DNA of 64,000 nt from Macrostomum lignano. Lineage: Eukaryota. Within the stretch, counting starts at the first letter, position 1. Each line of letters starts with the position of its first letter. A program made the translations under genes and the position numbers. Below, piece by piece: positions 35,269-48,405 of this stretch. Below the pieces are notes generated by a model. The model saw only the letters and a list, made by a program, of their open reading frames with translations. It did not search any database and was not told the origin of the DNA. The DNA lies in the NCBI GenBank assembly GCA_002269645.1, contig NIVC01003894.1:1-64000 (forward strand), given 5' to 3'.

Positions 35269-35983
35269 GTAAGAAGATACGATTATTCTTGCCTTGATTC
35301 CTAAGCAAAACCAGTTCGATTTTAGGCTGAAGTTCCATTCGAATTTATACTCGTGTTAATTAAACTCGTACACAACTTGAATGAAGCAAAGAGAGCCCAG
35401 AGAGGAACCCAGCTACACTAATACAGTATCAGCTATCAGCGTGCGAAAAATTGTATAAGTACCTGTACACTATCTAGTTTTGAAAGACTTCCAGAATGAC
35501 CAATGATAGGTCTGTTACTAAGTACGAGTATTAGAGCCGGTAGTATTGCTGAGGGTTGGGATTTCTCTGGATTGGCGCCAAGAGTTCGGGAATGCCAGAT
35601 GCGCTATTGGAGTCTGGAGTCTGTGCCGCATTTGTGCCGGCATCAAAAGCGCATGTACATGTGACTAAGCAGTCGAAACCAGCCTGGAGCTATGTGTATC
35701 TAATCGAGTACTTGACTACAGCTTTCTGACAAAGAATTGTTACGGTGAGTTGAGTAGCTTAAGATAACAAAGGCCTAAGATAATGGCCTAATGGCCTAAG
35801 ATAACAAATAGCTTATGCCTATGGTAAATTGCTCTGTTGACTACCAATGCATTTTGACGGATCGCTCATGCATGTACATGTGTCGCCAATGCCTCATTAG
35901 TTTATTGCAAAACGTTTTTGTTGATAATTTTTGTGTTGGTCGGTCGAGCAGAAGATAGGCTATTTCCTAGTTCGTGAGCTGCC

Positions 35984-36931
35984 ATGGATCTCGGAGTTTC
36001 AAAATCGCCCCACAGAATTCGGGTGGCCACAGGCAACAGCAGGAACTCGAAACTGGGCATTGATAACCGCAGCAACCTCGCTGCGGACGGCTTTCAGCTG
36101 CTGAGCCTGCGCATCGAAGCCGAGCGCGTTCTCGCCAGCAACCTGTCCGGCCGCTCCATGGAAGCCGCCATCGTCCAGGATGATTTTCAGACCACTCTGC
36201 GTCGTCGGCTCACCGAAGATGTCCAAGCCATGCCGCTGAATGGTGAGAGTGCATTCAGGGAGCCTGGGGCGCGTAATATGAAGCTCAAGAAGCAAGGCTA
36301 ATTAGATTAATTGAGCTTAGTAGCGATTCAGGCGGGAAACCAGAAGAAAGTTTGGAAGGTGTGCCAGGATCGTAGAGGGCGTTCCAGTTTTTCAAGTTGA
36401 ATGTTGGACAAATATTGAATGAATACGAACTTCCTGAGCAAGGGAAATGTGAGGCTGATCATTACAAAGAGTCTACAGGACCAGCTGCTCAAAACTAGCA
36501 CTGGCACTTCGAATTGTCATGTGTGCGCCAGTGAGGGGGCTGGAGACAGATGGTGCTAAGCAACCTATTGACTGCGCGAATTTGGCTCCCAAATCAGCTT
36601 GAAATCCCGATCTGATAACACAAAATCCGCAGGCGTTTTCTGCTTCTCTATCCTGCCCGACAAGTCGACTGAGTCCAAGAACCTGCTGTGCATCCGCATC
36701 ACCGAGCAGAGCGTCCAGATCGAGCCGTACAGCAAGTTCGGCACCGTGCCGCTCATCTGCGACGTCAGTTGCCCCGGCCGCTCAGCCGATGAGCCCCTGG
36801 CTCAGATCCTCTCCGGGGAGGTCCGGTCCGAGCTGCAGCTGCCGCGCCGCTCCTACCGCTACATCCTGGCCTTCTACATGCGATCGGCTTCGAGGTGCAC
36901 GGAGGCAGAGACCTCCTACACCCTGCAGTGA
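35984..36931 (+). CDS. Two further coding-like exons (35984-36242, ~36598-36931), unknown protein
   Basis: GC3-rich open frames, donor G/GTGAG at 36243, stop at 36931. I could not find phase-compatible joins, so the model is incomplete. Confidence 0.5.
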
Positions 36932-39204
36932 CGCCCGAGCGCGACTACCCTGCACGCCCTCGTATTGCCATTGTTATGCACGCCATTTCCTTTTGTCCAT
37001 GCGCATCGAATTCGGAGCGACAACCCATCGCTCTGCACTGCCCTGTTCACTCGTTGCTTCCCGTCCCTACCCTTGGCCTGCGCCAGTCCTGAACTCCCAG
37101 CTGTCTGATGCCAACGTGAGCTGTTTTTCCATGTCGTGAGATCTGCGCCAGAAACTAATTATAAACATGCGAAATTAGAACGGAAATTTTTCTGATTACC
37201 TTTGCCCTGCTTTTACTAAACTTGTACAAGATTCCTCCTTTGCGCACAATGATTCCTGTCCTATTGCTAAATTGGCCTTTAAATGATGATCATTCAGTGA
37301 GAGCAACCATCAGCAAAAAGTAAAAATTCTGTCACTGACATGGAGCAGCATCTCAGTTCATCGTCCTCAGCTATTTTGTCCTCTCTGAATTGTAATGTAA
37401 TTTTGCCGTCATCCCAGCAATGATCCCGATGCCACGACTGCTATTTATATATGGGCTGTAGACTTTTCGCGTAACAACGGGTGTGCTTTACTGTACCTAC
37501 TGTTACTCAGATATGCTTACGCAATTCTAGCGTGGATCCCACCGTAGCCGGCTGGCTGTGGTTCTCATACCTTGCGCTACTTGAACTACTGGAGCTGTAA
37601 TACAACTTGGCTCTGACCGTATCCTGCACGCCTCTCTCTTATCTGGCTTTATTTACTCAGATAATATATTATATGTTACCTGGGCCCGTTTCAATTTGTT
37701 CCCTGCGCGCATTAATTAATAGCTTGTACGCTTATTTCACTCTGAATGCTCCTTTGTTCGAGCCTTTGTTTCTGACGGGGCGGTCTTGTTGAAATGCAGC
37801 CCGAATTCAAATACATTTATTATTGTGAATTGTTGACTTCTTGAGGCTGTGGACTTCTACTACTCGAGTATCGTATCATTTTGACTACTTGTAGTAGTGC
37901 AGCGCGGTTCCATGCTGAAAAACGCAAAAATTCAGCATAGATGCGCGTTAGGCCCCTAGCTTGAGCAAAAATTCATACGAGTTTTATTGCTTAAGTCCCA
38001 CAGGACTGACTGGCCAGATTTTCTAGGTCCATTCCAGCCAACCTGATTGATAATTAATGAAGACCCCGCCCACACAGCGGACATCAAATCGGGCCGCAGG
38101 GCTAAGCCGCGCTAAGCCGATTTATGCCGATGGGGCGGTAGGGAGTCTGGATTCAATTTCCCCCCTCGGCAGCTCAAAATCTCAGAGGGCAGACCGGCGG
38201 GATCAGCTCCACTCTTTGAGCTGTGAGCAATTCAGCTCTGAATATCCTTGCGTTTCTGATCTCCGGTTTCATTCCTCCCGTGCTGCCCCGGTGCAGTAGA
38301 AAGTCCCCCGCCTTTTCCGAATTTCCAGCACCAGCAGAAACGCAGGGTGGATCAGCAGGCACCGCGGGAGCTGGACGGGGATCGCGAGGCATAAAGGGAC
38401 AAGCAGGGGGGGGGGGCAGAGCTGCCTCGATTTACAAAGGCGCTCCTCTCGATCTCGCCTCCTCGGTTCGAGCAGCTTTTGCTCCCCCAAAAGACCCGAG
38501 AGTATCAGTCCGCTGCATCTCCGGCCCATCTCGCCCGGCCTCAATTTAGCTGAGGACAAGCAGGCAGGCGAAAGAAGCTTCCTGTTTCCTGAGGCCCTCA
38601 GCGCGCATCCCCCTGCCCCCCTTTTATCTCTTTGCCTTGACTCCTTCGATTCCCTCCTCGCCAATCTTTAGCGCAGCCGGGCACATCTAGCGGGCAGCAG
38701 CAGCCGCTCCAGCTCTCTGTTCCCGCACTGTCCTGAGAGCCACCCTCTCTGCAGTAGTTCTTCCTTCTTCGAGCCCCTTTTACCTCATCCTCACCCTTAC
38801 TCAAATTATTGGCGAGGCTATCGAGCTTTTGAATCAATCTAGATTCAGACTCTGTGTCTTCTGGCCTCCTGCCGAAAACGCCTCAGCCTCAGCAGAGCGT
38901 GGCGAAGGGAAGGCGGGTGTGGATCGGGAGAGAGCTGCTGCTGTCCCCCCAGCCTCTCCGCCGCCCCTCTCTCCGGGTCATTAAATTTGCATTTATACCC
39001 GCCACTCACTGCGAAGCTCAGACACAGGCGAGAGAGAAAGGGCGTGGAGAGGCGAATCGGGACTCTGCGGCAGCAAGAAGGGAGGCAGCGATCGCGAAGA
39101 AGCTGAGCCAGCAATTAAAGGCAGCGAGCCACCGCCTGATTAGCATCGCAGGAGGAAGGGCGCTCTACCGCTAGAATCCCAGCGAGTGCCTGCCTCATCA
39201 GCCG

Positions 39205-39657
39205 ATGCAGTCGACGGCCTGCCCTGCGGGCATCCGCATCGAGGTAGAGGCCGCCGGGCCACCAGACGAGGAGGAGACCGAAGTGGCGGTGGCGCATCGC
39301 AGCAGACAGCAACAGCAGGAGGCGCCACACTCCCAGCATCAGCTGCAACTGTCTCCACCGACTGCTAGGTCCCGGCGCTCGCGCTCGCTGCCCTCGGTGC
39401 ACGAGGACCTTCTAGGCGAGGGCGGCCCACAGCAGCAGCAGCAGCAGCAGCAGATTCAGAACCAGCTGCGGGACCTCAGTCTCCGACATCAGCAGGAGGC
39501 AGCGGGCGCTGGCAGCCTTCTTGAGTGCCTGCCGGAGCCGGCGCAAAAGGTGGCCATCGACACGATGCCGCTGCCCGTGGACAGCAGCCGGCAGCGCAGG
39601 CGCTCCTTCGATTTCAGCGTCCTGCAGAACTTGAGCGCCATTCAGGAGCAGGAATAA
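39205..39657 (+). CDS. Single-exon 150-aa Q-rich protein of unknown function
   Basis: ATG ORF with GC3 bias and polyQ; motifs RSRSLP and RRRSF. Confidence 0.6.
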   Translation: MQSTACPAGIRIEVEAAGPPDEEETEVAVAHRSRQQQQEAPHSQHQLQLSPPTARSRRSRSLPSVHEDLLGEGGPQQQQQQQQIQNQLRDLSLRHQQEAAGAGSLLECLPEPAQKVAIDTMPLPVDSSRQRRRSFDFSVLQNLSAIQEQE

Positions 39658-39804
39658 ATCATTTCAGCGTCTGGCAGTTCCTGATTTGGGACTGGACCTT
39701 TGATGTTTTACCTTGATGTCAGATGTATAGTTTTAGCCATGTGAGAGCAGCAGGAACGATTCACTAAAGTGTATGAAAGTATTACAGTTGTCAAGTTTCT
39801 CTCT

Positions 39805-39930
39805 CTGCAACCGACTTAGGCGGATAGGAGGAAGCTGCAACCGACTTAGGCGGATGGGAGGAAGCTGCAACCGACTTAGGCGGATGGGAGGGAGCTGCAA
39901 ACACCGACTTAGGCAGATGGGAGGAAACTG
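39805..39930. repeat. 30-bp tandem repeat, ~4 copies
   Basis: ctgcaaccgacttaggcggatgggaggaag. Confidence 0.9.
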
Positions 39931-41395
39931 AAGCAGTGTGGCTGCATACGTGAGATTTTACCAGAGAAATCAGACACGAAAAGATCGAATGGATTTTTCG
40001 TTACGTTTTTGCACAACTCTAAATCTGAACATTATTTAGTGTATTGGATAAGTAAAGTACATTTCATCATGCTTAGCTTAGACACGCAAAATACAGATTA
40101 AAACTCACTTGAACAGGTGAGTGAATATGGAAACATGCACTCAGAGCTGCAGTAGACATTCGCTCTGTACCCCCACCATGCAAACCCATTGTGTTTTATT
40201 TATTTCAAACAAAAAGTCACATCACTCAGATCTGATATAGAGATGTACTTTGATATCAGTCCATGCAAGGTTGCCGACAGCATGCGGCCAGCAGTGATGA
40301 GGCTGATTTATTCACTTAGAGCACCGCGGCTGCATCAATCACGCTCAGCTCACGCTTCATCATTCAAAGTGTGCAGCATTCTGAGATGAAGTAGGGTAGA
40401 GAGGGATACGGGAAGCTGGGAAGCGGAGCAAAGGACTCGCTGCCTCTCTTCTCGAGTTTATTAATTACAGGCCTGCGAGTGGGGAGCTGGGGACGCCCCG
40501 GGGATTCGGGGCAGCTTTGCGGGATTCTTCTCCCCTAACGGAGACTGCAGCGGGGAAATGATGCAGCAGAGGGGCAGCTGGCTGCCTGTTGAGTAGCTGA
40601 GGGGCACTGAAGCCCGTGCAGCGCTGCTGGAAAGCTGGACAAAAAAGATGAAGAACTGACAGACTGAGGGAAGGCTTTTCATTGAGGAGTAATAATAGGG
40701 TCTGGAGGTTAATTCAATGGCAGGCAAGACTCGAATATATTTAAAAAACCTTCAGTTGGTTAGGAAGGAAAATGGGCCAGACTTTCTCAAAATATTTTCG
40801 CTAACGTCTGCAATCGGCCTTCAAGAGCGCCGGCTCCCTCGGGTGTTGGTGGCGCAAATTGTTCATCAGGACTTCATTAACCCCCGCCTCGGTCTGGGGA
40901 ACCTCGGCCTAAAGACCGTCAAGCGTTTCCCGAACTCGAGAAAACTTCATTTCCTAAGAAGCACCTGGGCGCCCCCGCGGGTCCGTCCAACTTGCTCGGG
41001 TTCTCATTCCCGCCTTGGCACTGTGAGTGAGGCGGCGGTCTGAGCAGGCAGGGTCAACTCGCTCTCTGCGCCAGCGAATTTCCTCGCGGTAGCAGAGTCG
41101 ATGCAATTCTTGACAAAACACGAGACCGCAGAGTTGGGGACGAGAAGCTGGGCCGGAGCTGCTTCATCGACGGCAGCTCTCCTTCCGCCTCGTCGCCTCG
41201 TGCACTTTTCCAGTGTGAGACATTACGAGATAGCGGCCCTCGCCTTCTACTGACAGTAGCTGCGCAAACATATTAGCGAAACTTGGTGTAGCGCAATCAG
41301 AAAGCCAACACCGACAGGCCGGACCCTCAGGACCTGCAACACGCTGAAGAAAGTTTTTGAGATTTTTTATTCTTACAAAAAATGAAAGGCTGATC

Positions 41396-41750
41396 TCTGA
41401 GCTGGGGCAGAGTACTGAGCTAGCTAACAGCTGGTCTCTGAGCTGGGGCAGAGTACTGAGCTAGCTAACAGCTGGTCTCTGAGCTGGGGCAGAGTACTGA
41501 GCTAGCTAACAGCTGATCGCCAGAGTACTGAGCTAGCTAACAGCTGGTCTCTGAGCTGGGGCAGAGTACTGAGCTAGCTAACAGCTGGTCTCTGAGCTGG
41601 GGCAGAGTACTGAGCTAGCTAACAGCTGATCGCCAGAGTACTGAGCTAGCTAACAGCTGGTCTCTGAGCTGGGGCAGAGGACTGAGCTAGCTAACAGCTG
41701 ATCGCCAGAGGACTGAGCTAGCTAACAGCTGATATCTGAGCTGGGGCAGA
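41396..41750. repeat. 41-bp tandem repeat with shorter variants
   Basis: ctctgagctggggcagagtactgagctagctaacagctggt. Confidence 0.92.
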
Positions 41751-42467
41751 GGACGAGCAAAGGAACAAAATCATGAAACAATTAAGCGAAGCAGGAACTA
41801 AAAAACAAAAGGTAAAGTCAAAAGACTGAAGAAACGGCAAAAAGAAAGTGGTGAGCAAATTAGGCTTAAAGATAGCAGAATTGGCTTAGAAGCAACAGCT
41901 AGGGAGATGATAGATGGCCCCAATCAGTCGCCAAGGCGGGTGGACGGTCTCCTGGCATTCCTCTCGGCAGCAACACTCGCGCGTGCTGAATGCGCCGCCA
42001 CTGGCACCGCGATAGGCATCGCGATGAGGCCGGGGCAGCCGCCATGACGAATCGCCTGTTGTCGCGCCAATCGGCCACAGAGGCCGCGGGCGCGGGATGT
42101 TTTCATTGCGGGGCGGCCGGTAGGCCGGCTCATCCATCAGCGGCTTGGCTGCAGTGCCGGCCTCCAACCTTTTTATACACATTAAATGGCGCTGAACCGG
42201 GCAAGAAGGATGGCGGGGGGGGGGGGTAGACAGCTGATCCGGCTTTGCTGGGCGTTGAAAATGCCGACCTGTCAGCGGGAGCAAAGTGCCGAGATTCAGC
42301 TACTAACAGAATCTCTTGCAGAGTCAACGAGCCTTCGAAAACTCTTCATCCACTTTGTTTAGCAGCTGCAAGCTTAATAAAATAAATGCATCTTTAAGGA
42401 GCAAGAGAGGCGGCAAACTAAAAGGCGAAAGTGGCAAACTGAAAGACAGGGAAGAGGGAAACTGGTG

Positions 42468-42808
42468 GAACCGCTGAGATGTCAAGGCTTGGGGGAATTG
42501 CTGAGATGTCAAGGCTTACTGGGGGAATCGCTGAGATGTCAAGGCTATGGGGGGAATCGCTGAGATGTCAAGGCTTACTGGGGGAATCGCTGAGATGTCA
42601 AGGCCATGGGGGGAATCGCTGAGATGTCAAGGCTTGGGGGAATTGCTGAGATGTCAAGGCTTACTGGGGGAATCGCTGAGATGTCAAGGCTATGGGGGGA
42701 ATCGCTGAGATGTCAAGGCTTACTGGGGGAATCGCTGAGATGTCAAGGCTATGGGGGGAATCGCTGAGATGTCAAGGCTTACTGGGGGAATCGCTGAGAT
42801 GTCAAGGC
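42468..42808. repeat. ~30-bp tandem repeat
   Basis: gggggaatcgctgagatgtcaaggcttact with variants. Confidence 0.92.
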
Positions 42809-42877
42809 AACGAAATAGGATTCACATCTAAAGGGGGGGCACTACGAGCGTAGATTACTAGTATAAATTAAAACGCT

Positions 42878-44365
42878 GGGGAACAGGGAAACTAAAAGAC
42901 AGGGGAAGAGGGAAACTAAAAGACAGGGGAAGAGGGAAACTAAAAGACAGGGGAAGAGGGAAACTAAAAGGCAGGGGAAGAGGGAAACTAAAAGGCAGGG
43001 GAAGAGGGAAACTAAAAGACAGGGGAAGAGGGAAACTAAAAGACAGGGGAAGAGGGAAACTAAAAGACAGGGGAAGAGGGAAACTAAAAGGCAGGGGAAG
43101 AGGGAAACTAAAAGACAGGGGAAGAGGGAAACTAAAAGACAGGGGAAGAGGGAAACTAAAAGACAGGGGAAGAGGGAAACTAAAAGGCAGGGAAAAAGGG
43201 AAACTAAAAGGCAGGGGAAGAGGGAAACTAAAAGACAGGGGAAGAGGGAAACTAAAAGACAGGGGAAGAGGGAAACTAAAAGACAGGGGAAGAGGGAAAC
43301 TAAAAGGCAGGGGAAGAGGGAAACTAAAAGACAGGGGAAGAGGGAAACTAAAAGACAGGGGAAGAGGGAAACTAAAAGACAGGGGAAGAGGGAAACTAAA
43401 AGACAGGGGAAGAGGGAAACTAAAAGGCAAGGGAACAGGGAAACAAAAACGCTGGGGAAGAGGGAAACTAAAAGACAGGGGAAGAGGGAAACTAAAAGAC
43501 AGGGGAAGAGGGAAACGATAAGACAGGGGAAGAGGGAAACTAAAAGGCAGGGGAAGAGGGAAACTAAAAGGCAGGGGAAGAGGGAAACTAAAAGGCAGGG
43601 GAAGAGGGAAACTAAGGCAAACTAAAAGGCAGGGGAAGAGGGAAACTAAAAGGCAGGGGAAGAGGGAAACTAAAAGGCAGGGGAAGAGGGAAACTAAAAG
43701 GCAGGGGAAGAGGGAAACTAAAAGGCAGGGGAAGAGGGAAACTAAGGCAAACTAAAAGGCAGGGGAAGAGGGAAACTAAAAGGCAGGGGAAGAGGGAAAC
43801 TAAAAGGCAGGGGAAGAGGGAAACTAAGGCAAACTAAAAGGCAGGGAAAGAGGGAAACTAAATGGCAGGGGAAGAGGGAAACAAAAACGCTGGGGAAGAG
43901 GAAAACTGAAAGACAGGGAAAGAGGGAAACTAAGGCAAACTAAAAGGCAGGGGAAGAGGGAAACTAAAAGGCAGGGGAAGAGGGAAACTAAGGCAAACTA
44001 AAAGGCAGGGAAAGAGGGAAACTAAATGGCAGGGGAAGAGGGAAACAAAAACGCTGGGGAAGAGGAAAACTGAAAGACAGGGAAAGAGGGAAACTAAGGC
44101 AAACTAAAAGGCAGGGGAAGAGGGAAACTAAAAGGCAGGGGAAGAGGGAAACTAAGGCAAACTAAAAGGCAGGGGAAGAGGGAAACTAAGGCAAACTAAA
44201 AGGCAGGGGAAGAGGGAAACTAAGGCAAACTAAAAGGCAGGGAAAGAGGGAAACTAAATGGCAGGGGAAGAGGGAAACAAAAACGCTGGGGAAGAGGAAA
44301 ACTGAAAGACAGGGAAAGAGGGAAACTAAGGCAAACTAAAAGGCAGGGGAAGAGGGAAACTAAAA
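42878..44365. repeat. 24-bp purine-rich minisatellite
   Basis: gggaaactaaaagrcaggggaaga; later units carry an aactaaggca insert. Confidence 0.96.
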
Positions 44366-44611
44366 GAGGGTACCCATGTACTCAGACGCCTGTGTGGGTA
44401 CAACGTCAGCAACAAGAAGACGGCTAGCACTGCATTGGTTATCTGGGCGAATGAAGCTGAAAAACAATGCTTTAGTATATTTTTGTCGTCACAATTGAAA
44501 GAATTTATATTAAAAGAAGAGTGCCGATCAGAGTGCAGGAAACAGAAAAAGGGTTGCAAGTTAAGGGCGCCTGGCTTTAGCGGGGTGTCAAGCGGGGTGT
44601 TAAACGAGGCG

Positions 44612-44880
44612 TCATCGATGCGTCAGCAGCAGCTCCCGCTGACGCCGCTTGTCCTTCATTCGCCGGTTCTGGAACCAGATCTTCACCTGCGCCTCGGAGA
44701 GGCCCAGCCCGGCTGCGATCTCCAGGCGGCGCGCCCTGGTGAGGTACCGGCTGAAGTGGAACTCCTTCTCCAGCTCAGTCAGCTGTCTGTTGCTGAAACT
44801 CGTCCTGGACTGCTGCTGCTGCTGCTGATGATGATGATGATGCAGTCCCAATGCTTTTTCTTCATGCCGTTTCTCAACTT
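44612..44880 (-). CDS. lab: labial/Hox1 homeobox gene, exon 2 (homeodomain)
   Basis: [51 protein letters not shown]; [11 protein letters not shown] and RARR are diagnostic of PG1. Acceptor ttttAG at 44881. Confidence 0.9.
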
Positions 44881-44914
44881 CTAAAAATTGTTTTTAAAAA
44901 ATCTGGCAATTCAT

Positions 44915-45808
44915 GACCAAGACAGCTCACTGTGCATCGCATGACCAACACAGCTCACTGTGCATCGCATGACCAACTCAGCTCACTGTGCATCGCATGA
45001 CCAACTCAGCTCACTGTGCATCGCATGACCAACACAGCTCACTGTGCATCGCATGACCAACACAGCTCACTGTGCATCGCATGACCAACACAGCTCACTG
45101 TGCATCGCATGACCAACACAGCTCACTGTGCATCGCATGACAACACAGCTCACTGTGCATCGCATGACCAACACAGCTCACTGTGCATCGCATGACCAAC
45201 ACAGCTCACTGTGCATCGCATGACCAACACAGCTCACTGTGCATCGCATGACCAACTCAGCTCACTGTGCATCGCATGACCAACTCAGCTCACTGTGCAT
45301 CGCATGACCAACACAGCTCACTGTGCATCGCATGACCAACACAGCTCATTGTGCATCGCATGACAACACAGCTCACTGTGCATCGCATGACCAACACAGC
45401 TCACTGTGCATCGCATGACCAACACAGCTCACTGTGCATCGCATGACCAACTCAGCTCACTGTGCATCGCATGACCAACACAGCTCACTGTGCATCGCAT
45501 GACCAACACAGCTCATTGTGCATCGCATGACAACACAGCTCACTGTGCATCGCATGACCAACTCAGCTCACTGTGTATCGCATGACAACACAGCTCACTG
45601 TGCATCGCATGACAACACAGCTCACTGTGCATCGCATGACCAACACAGCTCACTGTGCATCGCATGACCAACACAGCTCACTGTGCATCGCATGACCAAC
45701 TCAGCTCACTGTGCATCGCATGACCAACTCAGCTCACTGTGCATCGCATGACAACACAGCTCACTGTGCATCGCATGACCAACACAGCTCACTGTGCATC
45801 GCATGACC
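44915..45808. repeat. 28-bp minisatellite (~32 copies) in Hox1 intron
   Basis: cagctcactgtgcatcgcatgaccaaca. Confidence 0.97.
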
Positions 45809-46514
45809 ACATGACCAGGTGAATTCTCTGCATCCGATCGCGAATACTTAAAGCTTAGGCGCCTAAAAATCATAACAGAGTAAAGTGCTCAGTGAACTCC
45901 CCAAAGTCGAGAGCTCGTTTTGGAGAGGCCAGCACGAAAGTCAGGCAACTGGCAGATGGGGGGACGTCCCGCGAGTCTTCCTGAACAGGCGCACTACCGC
46001 CTGCCCGCTTGAGGCTCGGGGGAAGCTGTGCATGGCTCGGGACCTAATGAGACGCTCCACAGATGTGTGGGCGGCTGAGCGACTGATGGAGCCAGAGAAG
46101 CGGGAGCGAGAGGTGGGAGGCGGACAGGTGGGTGACAAGTAAAGCCCGAGAAGCATAGACGTTGAACAAAGACTCCCTTAAGTCTCTGTCTCTGGTCTGG
46201 TATGAAAAGGTTTTCGATCTCCGTTTTCTTATATCGCTTGAATGAATTTTCCTCTTTGTGTACTTCTTGAGTGGATGACTCTTTGAATTTTTCTGTTTAG
46301 CTACGGAACGATAAAATCCGGTCATCCTCAATGAAATCCGGTCAAGGAAGCCCCAAGCAAAGCCCCGGATCAAACCGACTGAACTCATTAACTGGTCCGT
46401 TATGTACAGGCAGGTGCAAAGGTGCACAGCCAGCACATGGGTAAACTTGCTTTAAATTCGAATCAAGCAGGAGCGAATGGCTTTTTACACAGTTAATCCA
46501 CAAGTTTCTCAATC

Positions 46515-46916
46515 TCAATTTGTTTTTCTATTCTTTTGTTTTTTTATTCGTTTGTTTTTCTATTCATTTGTTTTTCTATTTGTTTGTTTTTCTATTTGTT
46601 TGTTTTTCTATTCGTTTGCTTTTCTATTTGTTTGTTTTTCTATTTGTTTGTTTTTCCATTCATTTGTTTTTCTATTCGTTTGTTTTTCTATTCATTTGTT
46701 TTTCTATTCATTTGTTTTTTTATTCGTTTGTTTTTCTATTCATTTGTTTTTCTATTCGTTTGTTTTTCTATTTGTTTGTTTTTCTATTCATTTGTTTTTC
46801 TATTCGTTTGTTTTTCTATTTGTTTGTTTTTCTATTCATTTGTTTTTCTATTCATTTGTTTTTCTATTCGTTTGTTTTTCTATTTGTTTGTTTTTCTATT
46901 CATTTGTTTTTCTATT
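46515..46916. repeat. ~20-bp T-rich array abutting the Hox1 intron donor
   Basis: ttgtttttctatt(c/t)(a/g)t units. Confidence 0.93.
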
Positions 46917-46922
46917 CCTCAC

Positions 46923-47271
46923 CATGAGAAGCTGCTGGTCGGCGGACGCTCAGCCACTTGAAGGCCGGCGTGGTGGCGGCAAATTCCGCAGCTGGCGTTC
47001 CCGGAGGTGGCGCATACCGGACAGCCTCGTCGCCAGAGGCGGCCTTCTGGCCGGGTGGCGCAGCTCGGAAGGCGGCCTGGACCGGCGGTCGCTTGCAGAC
47101 GGGGCTGCTGGAGCAGCAAGAGCAGCTGGGCCAGATCTGCGGATGAGGCTGCAGGTGCTGCAGATGCTGATGCTGGTAATAATGCTGGGGAAACTGGAAA
47201 ACCAGAGGCTGAGCTGGGTGACGGCAATGGCTGTCCACAGAATGCATTCCGCCGCTGCTTGCGTTGGTCAT
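46923..47271 (-). CDS. lab: labial/Hox1 homeobox gene, exon 1 with hexapeptide
   Basis: MTNASSGG...TPAFKWLSVRR (PG1-type FKW hexapeptide); donor G/GTGAG in phase 1 matches exon 2; 205 aa total. Confidence 0.82.
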
Positions 47272-48129
47272 GAAAATGGTTCACTTTGTTGCTGGCTGCA
47301 GGAACGCATTTTTGGGCTGGCAAAGTTTCGGAAGTCAGCAGGTGAGGATTGGGCAGCGCAGGGGCTCTCGAGCGCGGCTCATTGGCTGCGTTGGATCGGC
47401 GGCGAGCCCAGCTCCCTACAGGCTTCCCTGTCCCTGACTGACCCCTGCATTGCATAAGCATCGGATGGTTGCCACAAGGCCACGTGGATTTCCTCTTGCT
47501 CATTCATTTTCCCCTCAAAACTTTTGAAACGAATCGGTATATAAATAACCTTTGAGATGGTCCCATGCTGCTCCTGTAGTTCCTTTTTACGCTTCTTTAG
47601 TATAAAACTGTTGTTTTTCTCCGTCTTTTTCTCATTTCCTCCTTCCTCTTCTGCTATTCCTTCTGTCTTCATCCACTGCCCACTCTCCCTATCTTTACTT
47701 CCTTTCTGACCCTGCTCTCCTCTTTTGCTTTCCAAGTTCAGCTGCGAATTTTTTTTCCACTGTCGGATGTTAGTGCGCACGCACTAGTATTCATACTGTA
47801 TATCCAAAGTTTAGTTAATCGTCTATGGTCTTTATTTTGAGGGCAGCGGCCATTGGAGGAAAGAATAGAGTGGAATGCTAATCTGAGCCAGTTATTTTTG
47901 CTTTGCTCGATCTTCACTTTTAGCATCCCTTCCCCCCGTTCTTTCCTACTCATGGCTCGTGACTGCCATAGACAAACTCGTTTTCGTCTCAGTTTTTGTT
48001 TTCTGGCAGCGAGGCGCATGTCAATTTAGTTGAGCTACACAAAAAACTGAAACTCCGAAAAAGCATATTTTGATGTGAGCTCGTACTATTCTGGGACATA
48101 CCTTCCATACCTTTCATACATAACTTACC

Positions 48130-48405
48130 TATGGATTCCCTGCCAAATTGCCTATGGATTCCCAGCCAAATTCCCTATGGATTCTCTGCCGAATTCCCTA
48201 TGGATTCCCTGCCAAATTGCCTATGGATTCCCAGCCAAATTCCCTATGGATTCTCTGCCGAATTCCCTATGGATTCCCTGCCAAATTGCCTATGGATTCC
48301 CAGCCAAATTCCCTATAGATTCCCGGACCAAATTCCCTATGGATTCCCTACCAAATTTCCTATGGATTCCCTGGAAAATTCCCGATGGATTCCCTGCCAA
48401 ATTCC
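48130..48405. repeat. 23-bp repeat organised as 69-bp trimers
   Basis: cctatggattccctgccaaattg / cctatggattcccagccaaattc / cctatggattctctgccgaattc cycle. Confidence 0.9.

Noticed and set aside
42858-43430. 190-aa FSFPLPLS ORF
   Set aside because: Translation of a 24-bp noncoding minisatellite.
46477-46961. F/L/Y-rich ORFs
   Set aside because: Translation of the T-rich intronic array.
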